A DNA stretch of 63,513 nucleotides, filler included, from Perkinsus chesapeaki ATCC PRA-425 (Eukaryota > Protista > Perkinsozoa): the NCBI GenBank assembly GCA_013115145.1. It is 7 parts of 7 records of this genome, joined end to end, with 100 filler letters (N's around TTAATTAATTAA, not from the genome) between each part and the next. Parts side by side here need not be neighbours in the genome. Positions count along the whole stretch, not along the records: positions 24,003 to 39,951 come from JAAPAO010000715.1; positions 40,052 to 57,676 come from JAAPAO010000682.1; 5 more parts are not named here. The stretch is one strand, 5' to 3'. Made by a program: the position numbers and the translations under genes. Below, one piece after another: positions 37,120 through 49,881 of the stretch. The notes under the pieces were generated by a model. That model did no database searches and had not been told where the DNA came from. It saw only the letters and a list, made by a program, of their open reading frames with translations. The first letter of the stretch is position 1. Each line of letters begins with the position of its first letter.

Positions 37120-38181
37120 CAACCTTGAGAAAAAATACGCGTATATGGGTGAATATGCTAACATTCCAAGCATCATCCCCAACGCGGAAAACAGGAGTCG
37201 CTATTGATTAGACTCCGATACGCCCATAAGCAGGTTAAGAAGGGGTGCGCGACACTCCCTTCATGCATTCTTCGATCACTGGCTTGAACTTGTTCTCTTA
37301 CGATACCTTCGCGTAATTTTGTCCTGCATTTCTCGGACAAGATTAGCGCTATCAGATTACGAAAAGTCCGTTTATAATACGAACTTTATATCCGTCTAGT
37401 ATTATTCAAAGTTTGAATCACAAACACTTTTAAGTTGAAAATATAAACATCAAACTAACAATGCTACAGTGGCCGTGCCGCTGTAGCGCTGTTACTATTC
37501 GGAGTCCGCATTCCGGACCGTAAATCCTTCGCAAAGGTTCTACCGTAAAGCCATGCTGGTAGTGAACGGCGTTCACTGAACGGTAGGATACTTGGCGCAA
37601 GCGGAACGCTCACGTTGTATGATCTGGAATAGTACGGAGCGTTTCCGGTGTTCATGAGAGAACCCGGTTATCCTGCATTAGAGCCGTCCCTCGCCTTGTA
37701 CTGTATATCTGAGAGGGAAGGAAATAGCGTATAGATACGGTATACTGTAAACCGTCTATGAGGTAAATTAGTATTCCGTATACTAATTTACGTCAAGGCA
37801 ACCTCTGATGACCGCGATCAAGTTTAGAGACTCTATCATTCCCTGGCGGAGCTTTCGCCAAGGCAAGAAAGCACTGGCAATGACAGCTGTCATTGTTTTC
37901 TAGGTACTCATTCAGGAGATAGTTTAGTTATATTCAACAGTGTTAAATTAACACAGTGTGACCAACAGTATCTTCTTGTTAAACCCGATAGTGCTGGGAT
38001 CAACTTGAGCCAACACAGAAGGTTAATATTATCCTTAATCTATCTCGTTTGTGTATGCATGCATCTGCACGTAGTCACGCAGTTAGGCGGTCGTTGTGTA
38101 ACATAGTTGGTAGGGCCGCAGTCTTCGCGTCTGCGGCGAAGATGAAACCAATCGATCAAATAATGAAACATGAATCGTCTA

Positions 38182-38203
38182 GGTCCGCCGCGGACCGTCC
38201 GCG
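38182..38203. repeat. hAT-type excision footprint, perfect 22-mer (8-mer ggtccgcg)
   Basis: ggtccgc+cgcggacc+gtccgcg. Confidence 0.85.
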
Positions 38204-38227
38204 GTCTCTCGGAGCGTTTCATATTCG

Positions 38228-38316
38228 GTGAAATTTCCCGAAATTCCAACGGAAATTTCAAGGAATGAATTAGGTAGTGCCAAATTGGCACAATTATTTC
38301 GATTTGAACAACCCTG
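38228..38316 (-). mobile_element. Solo hAT-like terminus (partner end not found)
   Basis: GAAATTTCC-type subterminal repeats followed by ttgaacaaccctg (revcomp CAGGGTTGTTCAA), similar to the 27342 TIR. Confidence 0.5.
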
Positions 38317-38890
38317 ACGGGGACTCCTACTCAAAGTCAAGGTCAGTCAAGTCTCAGAGAGTCCTGCTTCTAAGCTCTCTGCCACAAAATCAGGAAGAAA
38401 ATAGAGATAATTCCCAACAGACTGTGTCAGCCAATGGATAGAGCACGATGCCCCGGGCACCAAATGGGTATTACCAATGGGACTGGAACCGCTCCATTCG
38501 CGTTCCAGTGTAACGCGAGACATAGGTAAAAGGAAAGAGACGCGGTTGAGACGCGTGCAAGCAAAGCACTTGGCTATTCAATGACAGCCGCCCTCGCGAG
38601 TAGCCGCACCGTGCAGCCTGCGCTGGAATCACGGTAAAACTCGTTTACAAGCAAGAGGAAAGGGATTCCTTTTAAACGAACTAATGGAACTCACAACCAA
38701 TGAATAAAGAGGTACTAAGAGTCTCAGTCTAAGACTGATTATACTTAACCGTCAGATAACTTTGTACTTTAATTGCAGTGAAGCTACCAGATACATACAC
38801 GAATCTTTGCTTGAAATCTCTGGAACATCAAAAACAATTATTTACAGGAATGCTTCGAGACAACCAACACCAAAGTAAACAGGGGCCTTG

Positions 38891-39060
38891 TCACAGGGCT
38901 GGCATGGCATATTTCTCGGTGCCAGTTCCAGCTGTTCTTAATAAGAACTTCTTACAGAAAGGTATGCCAACCCACGCATTCAAATTGACACTCGAGAGGA
39001 ACTCCCACTTATCAGAAAGATGAGCCATAATTGAACGCAGTCCTACGTTTTGCCAATTCA
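38891..39060 (-). pseudogene. Degenerate 3' fragment of the 553-aa secreted-protein family
   Basis: MAHLSDKWEFLSSVNLNAWV, then a frameshifted KNSWNWHREICHASP, matching the C-terminus of 25167-26828. Confidence 0.8.
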
Positions 39061-39679
39061 CCAACAAAGTCATTGCGTGCAATCCCGCAATGTTCGTTGT
39101 TTTTTCATCCAATCCAAGGCGACTCAACGCCAAGCAGTTCTGTTTACAATAGCCGTCGGCTCGTCGACATCGCTTCGGTGTATAATTGGCAAAACACAAA
39201 TCAACAATGTCGTGAGGTTAACGATTGTTAAGCAGTCTTCTTGAAAAGAAGGACGTCTCAGACGTCACCTCTGTAAAAAAACGTAGGGAAACTAAATCAT
39301 GTACAGTAAATTGATGATAATACAGTTCAAGAAGATTATAAAACTCGACTATGTACAGGAAGTTAAAATAATCAGCAAGATAATAAAACTAGATTATTTA
39401 CAAAGAATTGTTGTTAAAATAATTTACAAACTAAATTATGTACAAGAATTAAAATGTCAGAAGGGGAATTCAGTAGTTGCGGCATAAGCTCATCGTGAAC
39501 TACGATTGCTAAAGTACAACAAACTTTTTAAGCAGAAGCGTTAGATTATATTTACATGAACATAGTAGCTGAATTTTATGAACGACGTCCATAGGTGATG
39601 AGAGTCGGAAGAATAGGCGTAGTTATAAGATTCGCCATACAATTGAAAAAGAAGAGAGTAGTATCCATGCTCCTGAAAT

Positions 39680-39951
39680 TTAGAAATACACGGGGCTGGC
39701 ATGCCATATTTCCCAGTGCCAGTTCCAGCTGTGCTTATAGACAAGTACATTAACCCAGGCGTTTAGATTGACACCCGAGAAGAACTGCCATTTATTGGGA
39801 AGGTGATCCATAGTGTTACCCTTGATATCGACAGATACACCAGCACCGGCGATCACGAGACTGATACTTGTACCGATTTCGGCATAGGCGGTGATGTTAT
39901 TATTAGCTGCGGCAGTGCAACCGATTTTAGCCCAAATAGACCAGTTGATGA
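39680..39951 (-). CDS. 3' end of a second intact-looking paralog of the 553-aa secreted protein (truncated by contig end)
   Basis: Minus strand reads IINWSIWAKIGCTAAANNNITAYAEIGTSISLVIAGAGVSVDIKGNTMDHLPNKWQFFSGVNLNAWVNVLVYKHSWNWHWEIWHASPVYF-stop. Confidence 0.9.
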
Positions 39952-40051
39952 NNNNNNNNNNNNNNNNNNNNNNNNNNNNNNNNNNNNNNNNNNNNTTAAT
40001 TAATTAANNNNNNNNNNNNNNNNNNNNNNNNNNNNNNNNNNNNNNNNNNNN
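39952..40051. other. Artificial contig linker
   Basis: N-TTAATTAATTAA-N, 100 nt. Confidence 0.98.
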
Positions 40052-41551
40052 TAACCAAGCGTCGAAGGCCGCGTCAACTCAAGTTCCTATCAACTTTGAT
40101 CAGTCAAGAAATTCATGGGTTTTCAGCTGCTCCAACTTGAAACATATGCCACCCATGACTTTCGGTTTCGGTCCAAGCGGTGCGGTGCCATTAGTCTTCA
40201 CTGCTGTAAACTACGTCATAGTTGACAAAGGAGTATGTGTTCTCCTTTTTAAGCCTGAGAGTCGTAGTGGTATTTGGACGTTCCCATCAACCATGCTCAT
40301 CGGTAACTACTTTGAATTCCAGCCCAGCCAGGGTCGAATTGGAATTGCTCGCCTCGCTCGCTGAAGTTGCTGATATATGAGACGACTAGAATAATTTCAA
40401 ATGTGTCTGTCTTTTTTTGCCCGAAGAAAGCTCTCCAATAGCATGAAAATGATAAGTATGTCTCTGTTTGTTGATCCTGCCCCATCCTCCTTTAAATACG
40501 ATCCTATTCGAGCACAAAGCGATCCAATTACTGGATCACCTGCATACACCGGAATCATGTGTGTTCGTTCTTTTCGTATGTTATAAAGGCAGTCGAGATG
40601 TCAAGCACACCATGGTAGGTGGCCGATGTTCGCGCATTCTCTTCATGAATGGTCTCCCGCATCATAAGTGCTACACTAGAGTCGTCCCTTTGTTGTATCT
40701 AATTACCGAGATCTACCGCAGCTCGGCCCATTTGAGTTTACGTCCTGCTCGACAATAAGTCTTGTCGACAATCAGTAGCTTCTCTGGCTTGATAAGCGTT
40801 GTGTCTGTTGAACGCACATAGTCGCACTCTACGATGGTAGTCATCGCTATTAGCGCACCCCTTCTATCTTATATACTGGTCCATGCCATGGACTCCACGA
40901 CAGGTTTCTATCCAACCACACGGATCGTTTCGAAGTCACACAGGACCGAATGTCACGTTTGGTAGTGAGAGGCTCACTGTTAGGGTTAACGCCGCTGTTC
41001 AAGCCTACCTTTAATGGTCATAGCCGTTTTGGTAGCGGATAATCAGCTCGTCAGATTAGTGATGTCATATTCTCTGAATCATCACTTGGAGCTGTTGGTT
41101 TCCGTGATACCAGATCCCTTTTCGGTTATATACCCCAGCGTCAAATAGAAAACATTACTACACAAAAGTCCAGGTTAGCGCTTTTTTTAACAAGCGAGTT
41201 ATCTTTGTCACGCGGCGTGCAGAACTAGGTTTCACTAAACACCTTGCTGTTGAAAACGATTTGATAATTTACCACACATGCAATGACTTCAGTAATTTAA
41301 AGCGACAAACGGAATATCTTTTGTGTGAAATCTTTGCTCGCCGTAAGTAGCGCCATCTCGGCACCTGGTGTGACTGCGATTGACGTGAATTCGAAGCTAA
41401 CAAAGCGAGGTCTTCATATCAACGACAATTTGATGCTTCGTACTTTTCGTCCAAATGCCATTGGGTCAACTTAGTGCCTGAAGATATTTCCCAAAGTATA
41501 AGTATTTTGCAGCTGAGGAGGACCATTAAGCGGGGCGACTGATCCGAGCCG

Positions 41552-43145
41552 GTGGCGTCAGCAGCGTCAATGACCTCGCAAGGATGCCCTATAGTATACC
41601 TACTCAGAGATCCTGTTCGAAGTAGAGGGTACGCTCACGTAAGCTGGCCGAATGCTAGTGCATTCTTGTCTCCAGTCATCTCGAGAACACTTATATGTTT
41701 GTTAACTTCGAACCAGAGGAAAGCAAGATCACCGATGATGGTCATTCCAGACACGTCGTTGGCTGGAGCTGCGGACACTGTCGATGTGTCAGAGAAGCGC
41801 ACGATTTCGCCAGTGTCTTTTTGTAAGATATGCAGTGAACCGTTTGTCACGAACATGGTAGATGCTGCGTTTGGAAGTTGAAAGACCTGAATGAGTCAAA
41901 CGGTCTATCAGCCAAAAGGACACAATTCCATCGGTAATTAACACTCTTGCTGCTACCAGACATCAGCTCTTCCTAGTTGAGGCTTACATCACTCTAGTGG
42001 GTTAATTAGCGCTTATTAAGTGCTTAGCGATGTATGCGCTTATTGAGGACATACTCTCCGATTTCTAACCCGATGGATGCAGCTATCTCGATTAATTATT
42101 GCAAGTTTCAGTGATTCAGGCGAATAGATAGATTGGTGCCCCACTTGTTGGTCTGATAGTTTGGGTGAGTTCCTGTCCCAGTTTAGTCTCAGGAGCCTGT
42201 AGCTTGAAAGAATGTAGAAGCTGGTACCATTGGTGAACGCGCCTGATAACGAGACGTTCACATTGACACTTTCTGGGGAGCTTTCTTACATGAGATTGGC
42301 TCGAAGAATGGTGGAAAAGTTAGTGGTACTTCCTCAAGCCGAGCAATGTCTGAATCCTCATCCCAAACGGCTTCTATGATGATATGAATCTGCGATAGTT
42401 CGGGACGCCACTTTGCACAGTGCCTTTACTAATGTCGCCACCAAAGTTGCCACCACGAGTATCCAAAGGAGCTTGTGGAAATGCCGCATGGTGTGCTTGA
42501 CCTAACAAATGAAGGTCGAGTTTTAGATTGGGCCACCTACTCGCTGCGAATCTTTGGAGCACGGAGGTTCGGTTGGTACGAGGATGGCGCCTGTTGTTTG
42601 GCTTCTCTGACGCAAGCCCATGAATGATTAATATATCAGGAACCTCTTACCAACCGAGCGTAATTCATCGCGATCGACTCTCTGTCTGGGGCGTCAGTTC
42701 TGTCATCGCCCACGGACGCGGAGCCTTGATAGCGACCGGGCACTCGGCCTTCTTCCAAGTCCGAGGTTGAGCGTCTCATACGCGCTGGCATCTAGAATGC
42801 CATGAGGGCGAACGACGCTGCTAGGCGCCTTACACGAAGGGAATCTGCCGTCGTGAGGTCCGTATGGGACTCATCCGGAAGAGGAAATCGGTTGCGCGAA
42901 CTGATCGGTGGGACCTAGAAATTGTAGGCGTAGGGTAGCGAGGCAGCTGTCCTAACTTAAGAACAGCAACTAAGAAAGCTGCCTACCGATGCCGCACAAT
43001 TTTCGAGAGGGAGACAACCGATACCAAGATTCACAACACTGGAATCATCATCAACTTCAGGTGATTCGAGTATAACATTTCGGATGGAGCCTGTAACTGA
43101 GGAAGACCGCAGATATGAGTAAGATTCCTCAATAAGCGCATCCAT
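41552..43145 (-). CDS. Hypothetical multi-exon protein with beta-rich exons; structure unresolved
   Basis: Exon-like frames (MDALIEESYSYL..., AFTNGTSFYILSSYRLLRLNW, MFVTNGSLHILQKDTGEIVRF...GDLAFLWF) bounded by GT/AG. No family recognised. Confidence 0.35.
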
Positions 43146-44363
43146 CAGTTTGGATAGGAATGAGATTCAGAATCTCATTATGAGAACCTCAGCTAGAAGT
43201 TATGTTGCTTTACTGACGAGGTCGGCCGACCACTTAGGCTCAACGGGAGCCGAACCAATCGCGAGTCTGGATTCGCTAAGTTGAAAGGATCTACAAGGGC
43301 GATTTGGCTTGTAGCCCATCTACTATTTATCGAGGGCCTTTAATGGCACATGCCTAGTTTCTCAGGAGTATCCAAGCTCCTTGAGTTTTTCAGAGAAAGA
43401 GTAATGAAGAAATGGGAGAACTGACAACTTCTCAAAGGAGGTGCTACTGAGTTTTCTTGTACGATTTCTAGCAAACCCTCAGCAAGTGGGAAAGTCAGAT
43501 CCAAACAGACCTCCGAAAACGCCACCATCTACACCCTGGGTTTCTAATGGGACACTTTTTGGCTCTGTAAAATCAAGTCTAGGCTGGTAGGATGACGTAC
43601 CTATGGAGATGTTCTGTAAGGTTGCGGATCAATCAACGTCTACTTTTTCTCGACCCTTGTGGGTGACTGTCATCCGAACCACTATCTCGATCTATTGGAT
43701 TTCTGGAACTATGCTGCCCTTCCTTGAATGTTCTGGTGCTCAGTGGAGCCTGAGTGGACTCGGTAGACGGCCGCTGTGATAGCTGAAAAGTGTTTTTGGA
43801 TGAGCCAACATACTCTGCCAGAAATCTCGAGGTAAATGCTTGCTTAGTCAAGTGAGAATCCAGAGCGCGGAAATGCCACATCACCAATTAGCAATTGGTC
43901 TTCTCGGGAGACCACTTGCCAATAGGTCAGACTCTCCCGGGTATTCGGCCTTAACAATACACATGACTCTCAGCCTTCTCACTTTGCCTCGTTCTGCTGG
44001 TACTGTCCGATGAACACTTTTCGACTCGGTGCCCTGTAATTTCGATCGTGAGCCACACGGTGCTTTCAACAACTCTCGAGCTGATCGGATGTGCTTCTTA
44101 GATTTCTCTTTCGTGAGTGTAACTGATCATCTTCTTCCATAGATCGGCGAGCTAAATCCTCACCAAAATCCCCAAACCGTGGACGAGTGGAGTCTGTCTC
44201 TCTTGCGTGATAAAAAGCAGTTGCCAGGACGGAGAACAGTGGAGGAGCCGCAAAAACACATAATGTGAACCTGGAATTAACAACAAGTCGACACTTTGTT
44301 TATCAACGCTCTACACATCAGGCCTGAACCACTCAGTGGTGTCTAATCTTGCTCCGAGCGTAC

Positions 44364-45901
44364 CTAGGAAGACTCAAGAGAATAAAGACCGATCCCCGCC
44401 TTACACACGACAGCTGCAATGAGAGCCGTGCCTCCAGCTCGAAGGTATTTATCTGAGTACTCTTTGAAGGGGATGTACCTTATCGAAGCTTCATGAGAAA
44501 GGACAACCGGGTTGAATCGCTCACCGGTTGATTTGTTCCTTAAAATGTTCATTAATATTTACTTGAGTTTCTGCATAAACCTCACCGCTCTTTATCAGCC
44601 TCTCGCAAGCTTCGTCGACATTCTTGTCTTCGCAATCCGTCTTCTCGGGAGTATTTCCAGTCGAGACGGGAACTTCCAACGGTAAGGCTTGCAAAGCTTT
44701 TACCCTGAACATGACCCACTGGGGAAGTGTTTCGCATTCCCCGGGTGCCGTCCGGGATTTCCTCGTGTCAAGCGCTCCCTAGTAGTAGGAGCTGCGGGAG
44801 GCTCACTAGAATTCGTGGAAGTTCCTAAGAATGGTCCTCTATGGCGAACATAGAAAATGAATGCATGTATCTATTCCTACTCGGACATGACCACCACCAG
44901 CCATAGTTCGGATCCCACCTGTCCCAGAGCGAAGGGCCTCCAGCATTCCTGATTTCATTCTCTGATGGAAGATAGATTCTATATTCCTCCAGCAATAGCG
45001 CTCTAGCAAACTTCGAGACGCACACCTGTGAAGAAGAATACCCACGAAACCCACATGCGAATCTTAAGTGCGCGATCCCTCTCATTTCGTACTCTACTAT
45101 GGTACAATGTCAGAAAATGAGAGATGCAAGATCGGATTAATTTGTCAGGGAAAAAGTTACAGTAGCATATCTCAGCTCGGAGACCGAAGGCTAAATGCTT
45201 ACAAAGTCGACTACCTCAAACGATTTCCGGAAAGATACGTAAGCACGAAACCGATAATGCATGTAAGGATTCGAAAAACAAACACCGCACCTGATAAACG
45301 CTCGCGAGCCAAATGCTGAGGAAAGTCAGACAGATGCTCCATGAGATATTAAACATCCAAATGTCAGCCCAGGCTGATATAGCGTCGGGAGGAGGGTAAC
45401 CTTCGGTGAATCTACACGTGATAGTATCATAACCAATACATGTTAAGGCACTTACACAGCAAAACAACAGCCTAGCATTATCGATCCAACAGTCATTGAA
45501 GTCAGTACTGTCTCGACCTACTTGAAATCATGTAGTTATGAAGTCCAAATGATACGGTGTGAAGGAATAACTTAGTTCAACCAAGGGGAGTGGACACACG
45601 CCGATCGGGCCCATGGACGCTTACGGACTTACATCCCCGCAGTACTGGGTCAGTACCATCTGCTACGTGCGCATGTGGTGCTTCGTAAGTATGAACATTA
45701 CATACAGTAGTGTGAATGAATTCCAGCAAAGCTCATAGAAATTAGACAAGCAAGCGTTCCGAAATATGAGGTTGTGAAAATGGGTATTCCGTCACCTCTA
45801 GCTTTCTTAAGTCTCTGATGTCTTCTCTCAAAGCCATACTTCGCTGAAGTCTGACAGAGTGGCCTTGAATATCTTGGGCAATCTACAAGAATTCTCCACA
45901 A
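44364..45901 (-). CDS. Hypothetical multi-exon membrane protein(s); structure unresolved
   Basis: Short GT-AG-bounded exons with hydrophobic stretches (WMFNISWSICLTFLSIWLASVYQ; RMWVSWVFFFT; FGTLACLISMSFAG). Confidence 0.35.
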
Positions 45902-46711
45902 GATGCGGATGGGGTGCTTACTTCAGCTTGATGTTGGTCCGAGTGAAGTGCTGCCCAGGCTCCAAATGTACCTAAAAAACAACTATTTTTGAGCAAGATT
46001 GTGGGATTGAATGGCGGTAGATTTGTACATAGACTTCTGTGTTAGTAGGCAGAGGAGATTGCCGAGTGTCCTCAAGAAAGGATAGTGTGTCCTCAAGAAA
46101 TGATAGTGACCCATTCCGGACCGTAATTTCCGGTTCCAGGGAGCTTGAATCAGCATGGAATAATTTCGATAACGTGTAAGTGTCGGGCTATTATTTACGT
46201 TTACTAATGCTTACCACTCGCCACATTAAGTGTAGCGGTGGCGCCATTGATGAGGGCGCCTACTAGAGGGAATACCATGAAAAAGTTAAAATGAACTACA
46301 GTGTAGCTAGTCTACCCATGATGGAGCTGAATTGCTTCCTACCGCCTGCCATCGTTTGTCTACCTGGCCCATTTCCCCGGCACTTCGATATTTACAGAAC
46401 AAACTCGATATGAACAGAACCAGGAGACTATTGATATCACGGTCTAAAAATGCAATGTGTAAATGATGGATGTATCTTCCCCCGTCAGTAACGACGTCGT
46501 ATACGCGGCGAATGCTGATATATCACTGGACCTACAGTTGCTCTCGGATGTAGTCACCGAACAGCGGGAAATGCTGTGCTTTGCTTCAAAAAAGAGGAGA
46601 CATCAACATTCGAAACAGAGCAGACGAATGGACCATTCAAGTACTCGGGTGCCTTGCCTTCAGAAGACATAAGAGATATCAAAGCAATGGTAATCTACCC
46701 TCAGCCAAAGG

Positions 46712-46860
46712 GAAGGTTGTAAACAGTTTTATGAATCACGATCCACCAATTATCGACATGTGGGGATACATCAGGAAACCATAGATCCTGCATGACGGAA
46801 AGCGCTGATAAACTCGCACGATGAACTTGCCCAAAGACTGGACCTGTTCGGAGATATTGC
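46712..46860 (+). repeat. Dispersed degenerate repeat (copy 1; copy 2 at about 52052-52198), likely a decayed TE coding fragment
   Basis: Shared atgaatcacgatccaccaat...catcaggaaaccatagatcctgcat...gcgctgataaactc...actggacctg...ggagatattg. Conceptual translation IHQETIDPA*RKALINS has in-frame stops. Confidence 0.6.
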
Positions 46861-48285
46861 GAGTCAACTCCGAGAAGCGGCGACAAGTCACTGAGCACTG
46901 AGCATGGACTCAATGGCATGAAAGCTAGGCTCTGACAGGATTGAAAACACCAGTGTTTCAAGTGAGAGGCAAAGCAGAAACAGCTCGTCCCTCGATACAC
47001 CTTAGTTGCAAATGGAAATCTGCGGCAGAAATACAGGACAGAAAATGAACCCCCTTACAAAATTATATGACCTACCGATTTTTTCGATTATTCTATCACT
47101 ACAAAGAGTCTAATGATGATTTTCGGTCAGCTTAGTCTTTAAACGGTCTTCGTTATGCTAGTTATGACAGTCATGCATACTCCGCTCGTAAATTTATCTG
47201 AAACCGTCGAAAATTGCGCGGATCCAAAATAATATGACCTTCCAAGGTATTACCCATGCTACCCTCCAAATCTTCCCAAACTGTTATACAAGTAATCAGT
47301 TTCGTCGAACAAGCCCTTGCCCAGAGCAAGGTATAGTTCCCTACGGGATTCTAGTCGTTTGTGGGCCAGATTGAAGCGCGAGAAGGTCAGGAAACCTTTA
47401 ATTCACCCAGATGTAAATTAGATGTAAAGATGTAAAGTCATCTAAGGACTACAATAGTCCGACTATTGGATTTTCGAACCTAAAGATTTCTCTACCTGTA
47501 CTCCTGGGTTTGCCCAGTGGAACAGACTTTAGAATAGTCGACCCTTGTGAATGTCGCGAGTGTATGGCGATTGTAAGTCGACTAAACAAGTCAAGTCCTT
47601 AAATTATTGTGAGATTAACAACGCAATATCACATCTTTGTTTCCCCATTAAACTTCTTCTATGACAAGGATTGGAATTTGAGTTCAGAGGCGAACGATCA
47701 AGTATAAATCGAATACGAATACTCTCTCCGACATACCATAAGAATACATGATCTTTCCGATGTTGCCGCGAAATCCGTTACGGCATGTTTGTATCAGATC
47801 TGTCACATAGAACCGGTGCCACATTGTCAAGCAATTCTGAATAAGCATCAAGCAAATATTTATCACTGATCCGACGATCGGCTACGGAGCTTACAAGAGA
47901 AGCTGGTTGCCTAAAGCACTGTTTGGTAGACTTAGTATCATATATTTGCCACGGATTTGGAGTCGGGACTCCATGTCAGGATTCCTGATATGTTCCTGAC
48001 TCAGGGTCCTACTGCGAGACGTCACTGCGATTGTCTTCCGAATAAAGGAAAATAGGCCAAGTCACGGTCACGGACTTGTGACGCACTACGTAAGCTGTGG
48101 TATGATCAGTAGTGTTATCAGCTCTTTCTTCTATACATGCACTACCCGGGTCCCTCTCTGGAGTCCAGAGAAGGACGTGGGTAGTGCATGAGAACCGCCC
48201 AGTCAAAGCGTCCGCTGCGCTCAAGTATTTTGAATGTACTTTTTCAGAGCATTTATCAATCTGTTCAAATATAAAGGGTTCCACA

Positions 48286-49065
48286 ATGATCCGCGCTTTA
48301 TTCATGTGGTCTATTTGCTGGTGCATTGGCTACAGTGGCCACCACAAGCCCCCGATAAGCGATGGAGTGTACTGTAACAGAAAGTATGGGGCTGAGGTGC
48401 ATTTCGCTAAAGGGATAGTGTCGCCCTCTCTTGACGGAGAGAAGATAACCTTCGGCCAATACCAAACTGATTACAAATGCGACAAGAAGACTGGGTTCAT
48501 CACCATTAATTCCCGAGCTCTCCGTAAGGACGGCTACAAGTCATTCCCTTATGTTAAGCCACTTTGGAACTTAACTTACGTCAAGGCCAAGGATGAGGTG
48601 CTACTCAATTACCCAAAAGCTAAGGAACCTATTCGCTTGACGAAGGGTGGGTGTTCTGCGAAGGATAACCGCAATGTAAATCATTTCCATCATAAATCGG
48701 AGTCCGGGAGTTTAAGCGGGAAGACTTTCTGTGTCCCTCCCAAAAAGAAAAAGAAGACGGGTGTGTATGGTATAATTGAGTTCGTCGATGATAATGGACC
48801 ATCATTAAGTATAGATATTTCTACACTTGATATTTGGATGCGTTGGTCTGATGACTACGTGCTACGTGATGGCCCATCGGAGGAGCTCAAGCGTGTTTGG
48901 TCAGAGACCATGGATAATTATACTACTCTGGACGTGAGTCCTTTCATGGAGTTCTCAACAGAGATGTATTATAATACTAAGTTGGATGTTATCATCATCA
49001 GCAGAAAATCATCCAAGGACCATTGGATTTTGGAACCTTCAGACCCCAAAAAGTGTTATTATTAA
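48286..49065 (+). CDS. Secreted two-domain lineage-specific protein, tandem array copy 1
   Basis: Intronless; signal MIRALFMWSICWCIGYS. Shared family motifs TGFITI...L..D.YKS.P.VK.LWNLTY and DGPS..LK.VWSET. Confidence 0.88.
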   Translation: MIRALFMWSICWCIGYSGHHKPPISDGVYCNRKYGAEVHFAKGIVSPSLDGEKITFGQYQTDYKCDKKTGFITINSRALRKDGYKSFPYVKPLWNLTYVKAKDEVLLNYPKAKEPIRLTKGGCSAKDNRNVNHFHHKSESGSLSGKTFCVPPKKKKKTGVYGIIEFVDDNGPSLSIDISTLDIWMRWSDDYVLRDGPSEELKRVWSETMDNYTTLDVSPFMEFSTEMYYNTKLDVIIISRKSSKDHWILEPSDPKKCYY

Positions 49066-49881
49066 TAAGTTATTGAGAACATGTTCTGCTGGGGTTGCCT
49101 AATAGAACAGACTTGAGAATCATCGACCCATGCAATCGTGTACATCATGGTTGCTGGGTAAGTCGATCAATAATAAGTTGAATGCTTGAGACCTCAACAA
49201 TACTCTATCACTTCTTTGTTTCCTCACCCTTCCAACGAATTGCCTTTTTGCCTTTTTCTCCCATGACATTAATAAGTGTTTGAGTTCGAAGGACGGATGA
49301 AATATCGACGGAATTCTATCAAACAACGAATCCTATTTCCGACAAACCATAGAAGACACGTGATTGATAATTTCCATTCATGAACACGTGATCGCTCTTC
49401 GGAGGTTTATCACTCCGGCAGTGTGCATTGCCCCGCTCAAGTATAATACCTAACAGTTGTGATATGAGCTCGCAACTTTCGGGTATTCCTGCCCATAATA
49501 TCGGAACCACTACCGATGGACGAATGGGTTCACCGTAGATCCAGGGCACTCGCCGTGGTCTGCTCCGAGCAGCAAACGATTTAATGATCAAATCACCCTT
49601 CACCGGGTAAGAGACAAGCTTTGGCCACGTCACGGTCGCAGATTCATGACGTGTCCGAAAATATGTGGCATGCTCATCAGTGCAAGGCATTGCTATCGCA
49701 AGCGAGTCCACGTTAAGTTGCTATGTTCTTATTCACTAGACCTGTAGTGCTTTGCCGCTGCACGCGAACTTGTACATCAACCGCTGATTTACAATATGTG
49801 CGATTGCGAATAGTTCGCTCGTTTTTGCGATTCTTCGAAAGGCAAATCGTTCGCAATGCTATTTTGAGACTTCATTTAGCA

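Noticed and set aside
7763-38203. Scars as a CRISPR-like array, terminators or conserved RNA hairpins
   Set aside because: Each has a different sequence, they are irregularly spaced, and paralogs show the empty site. They share a construction rule, not a motif.
44839-45054. GGHVRVG resembling the beta-keto acid cleavage enzyme motif
   Set aside because: The LED residues that follow the motif and the other family motifs are absent, and exon logic favours another frame.
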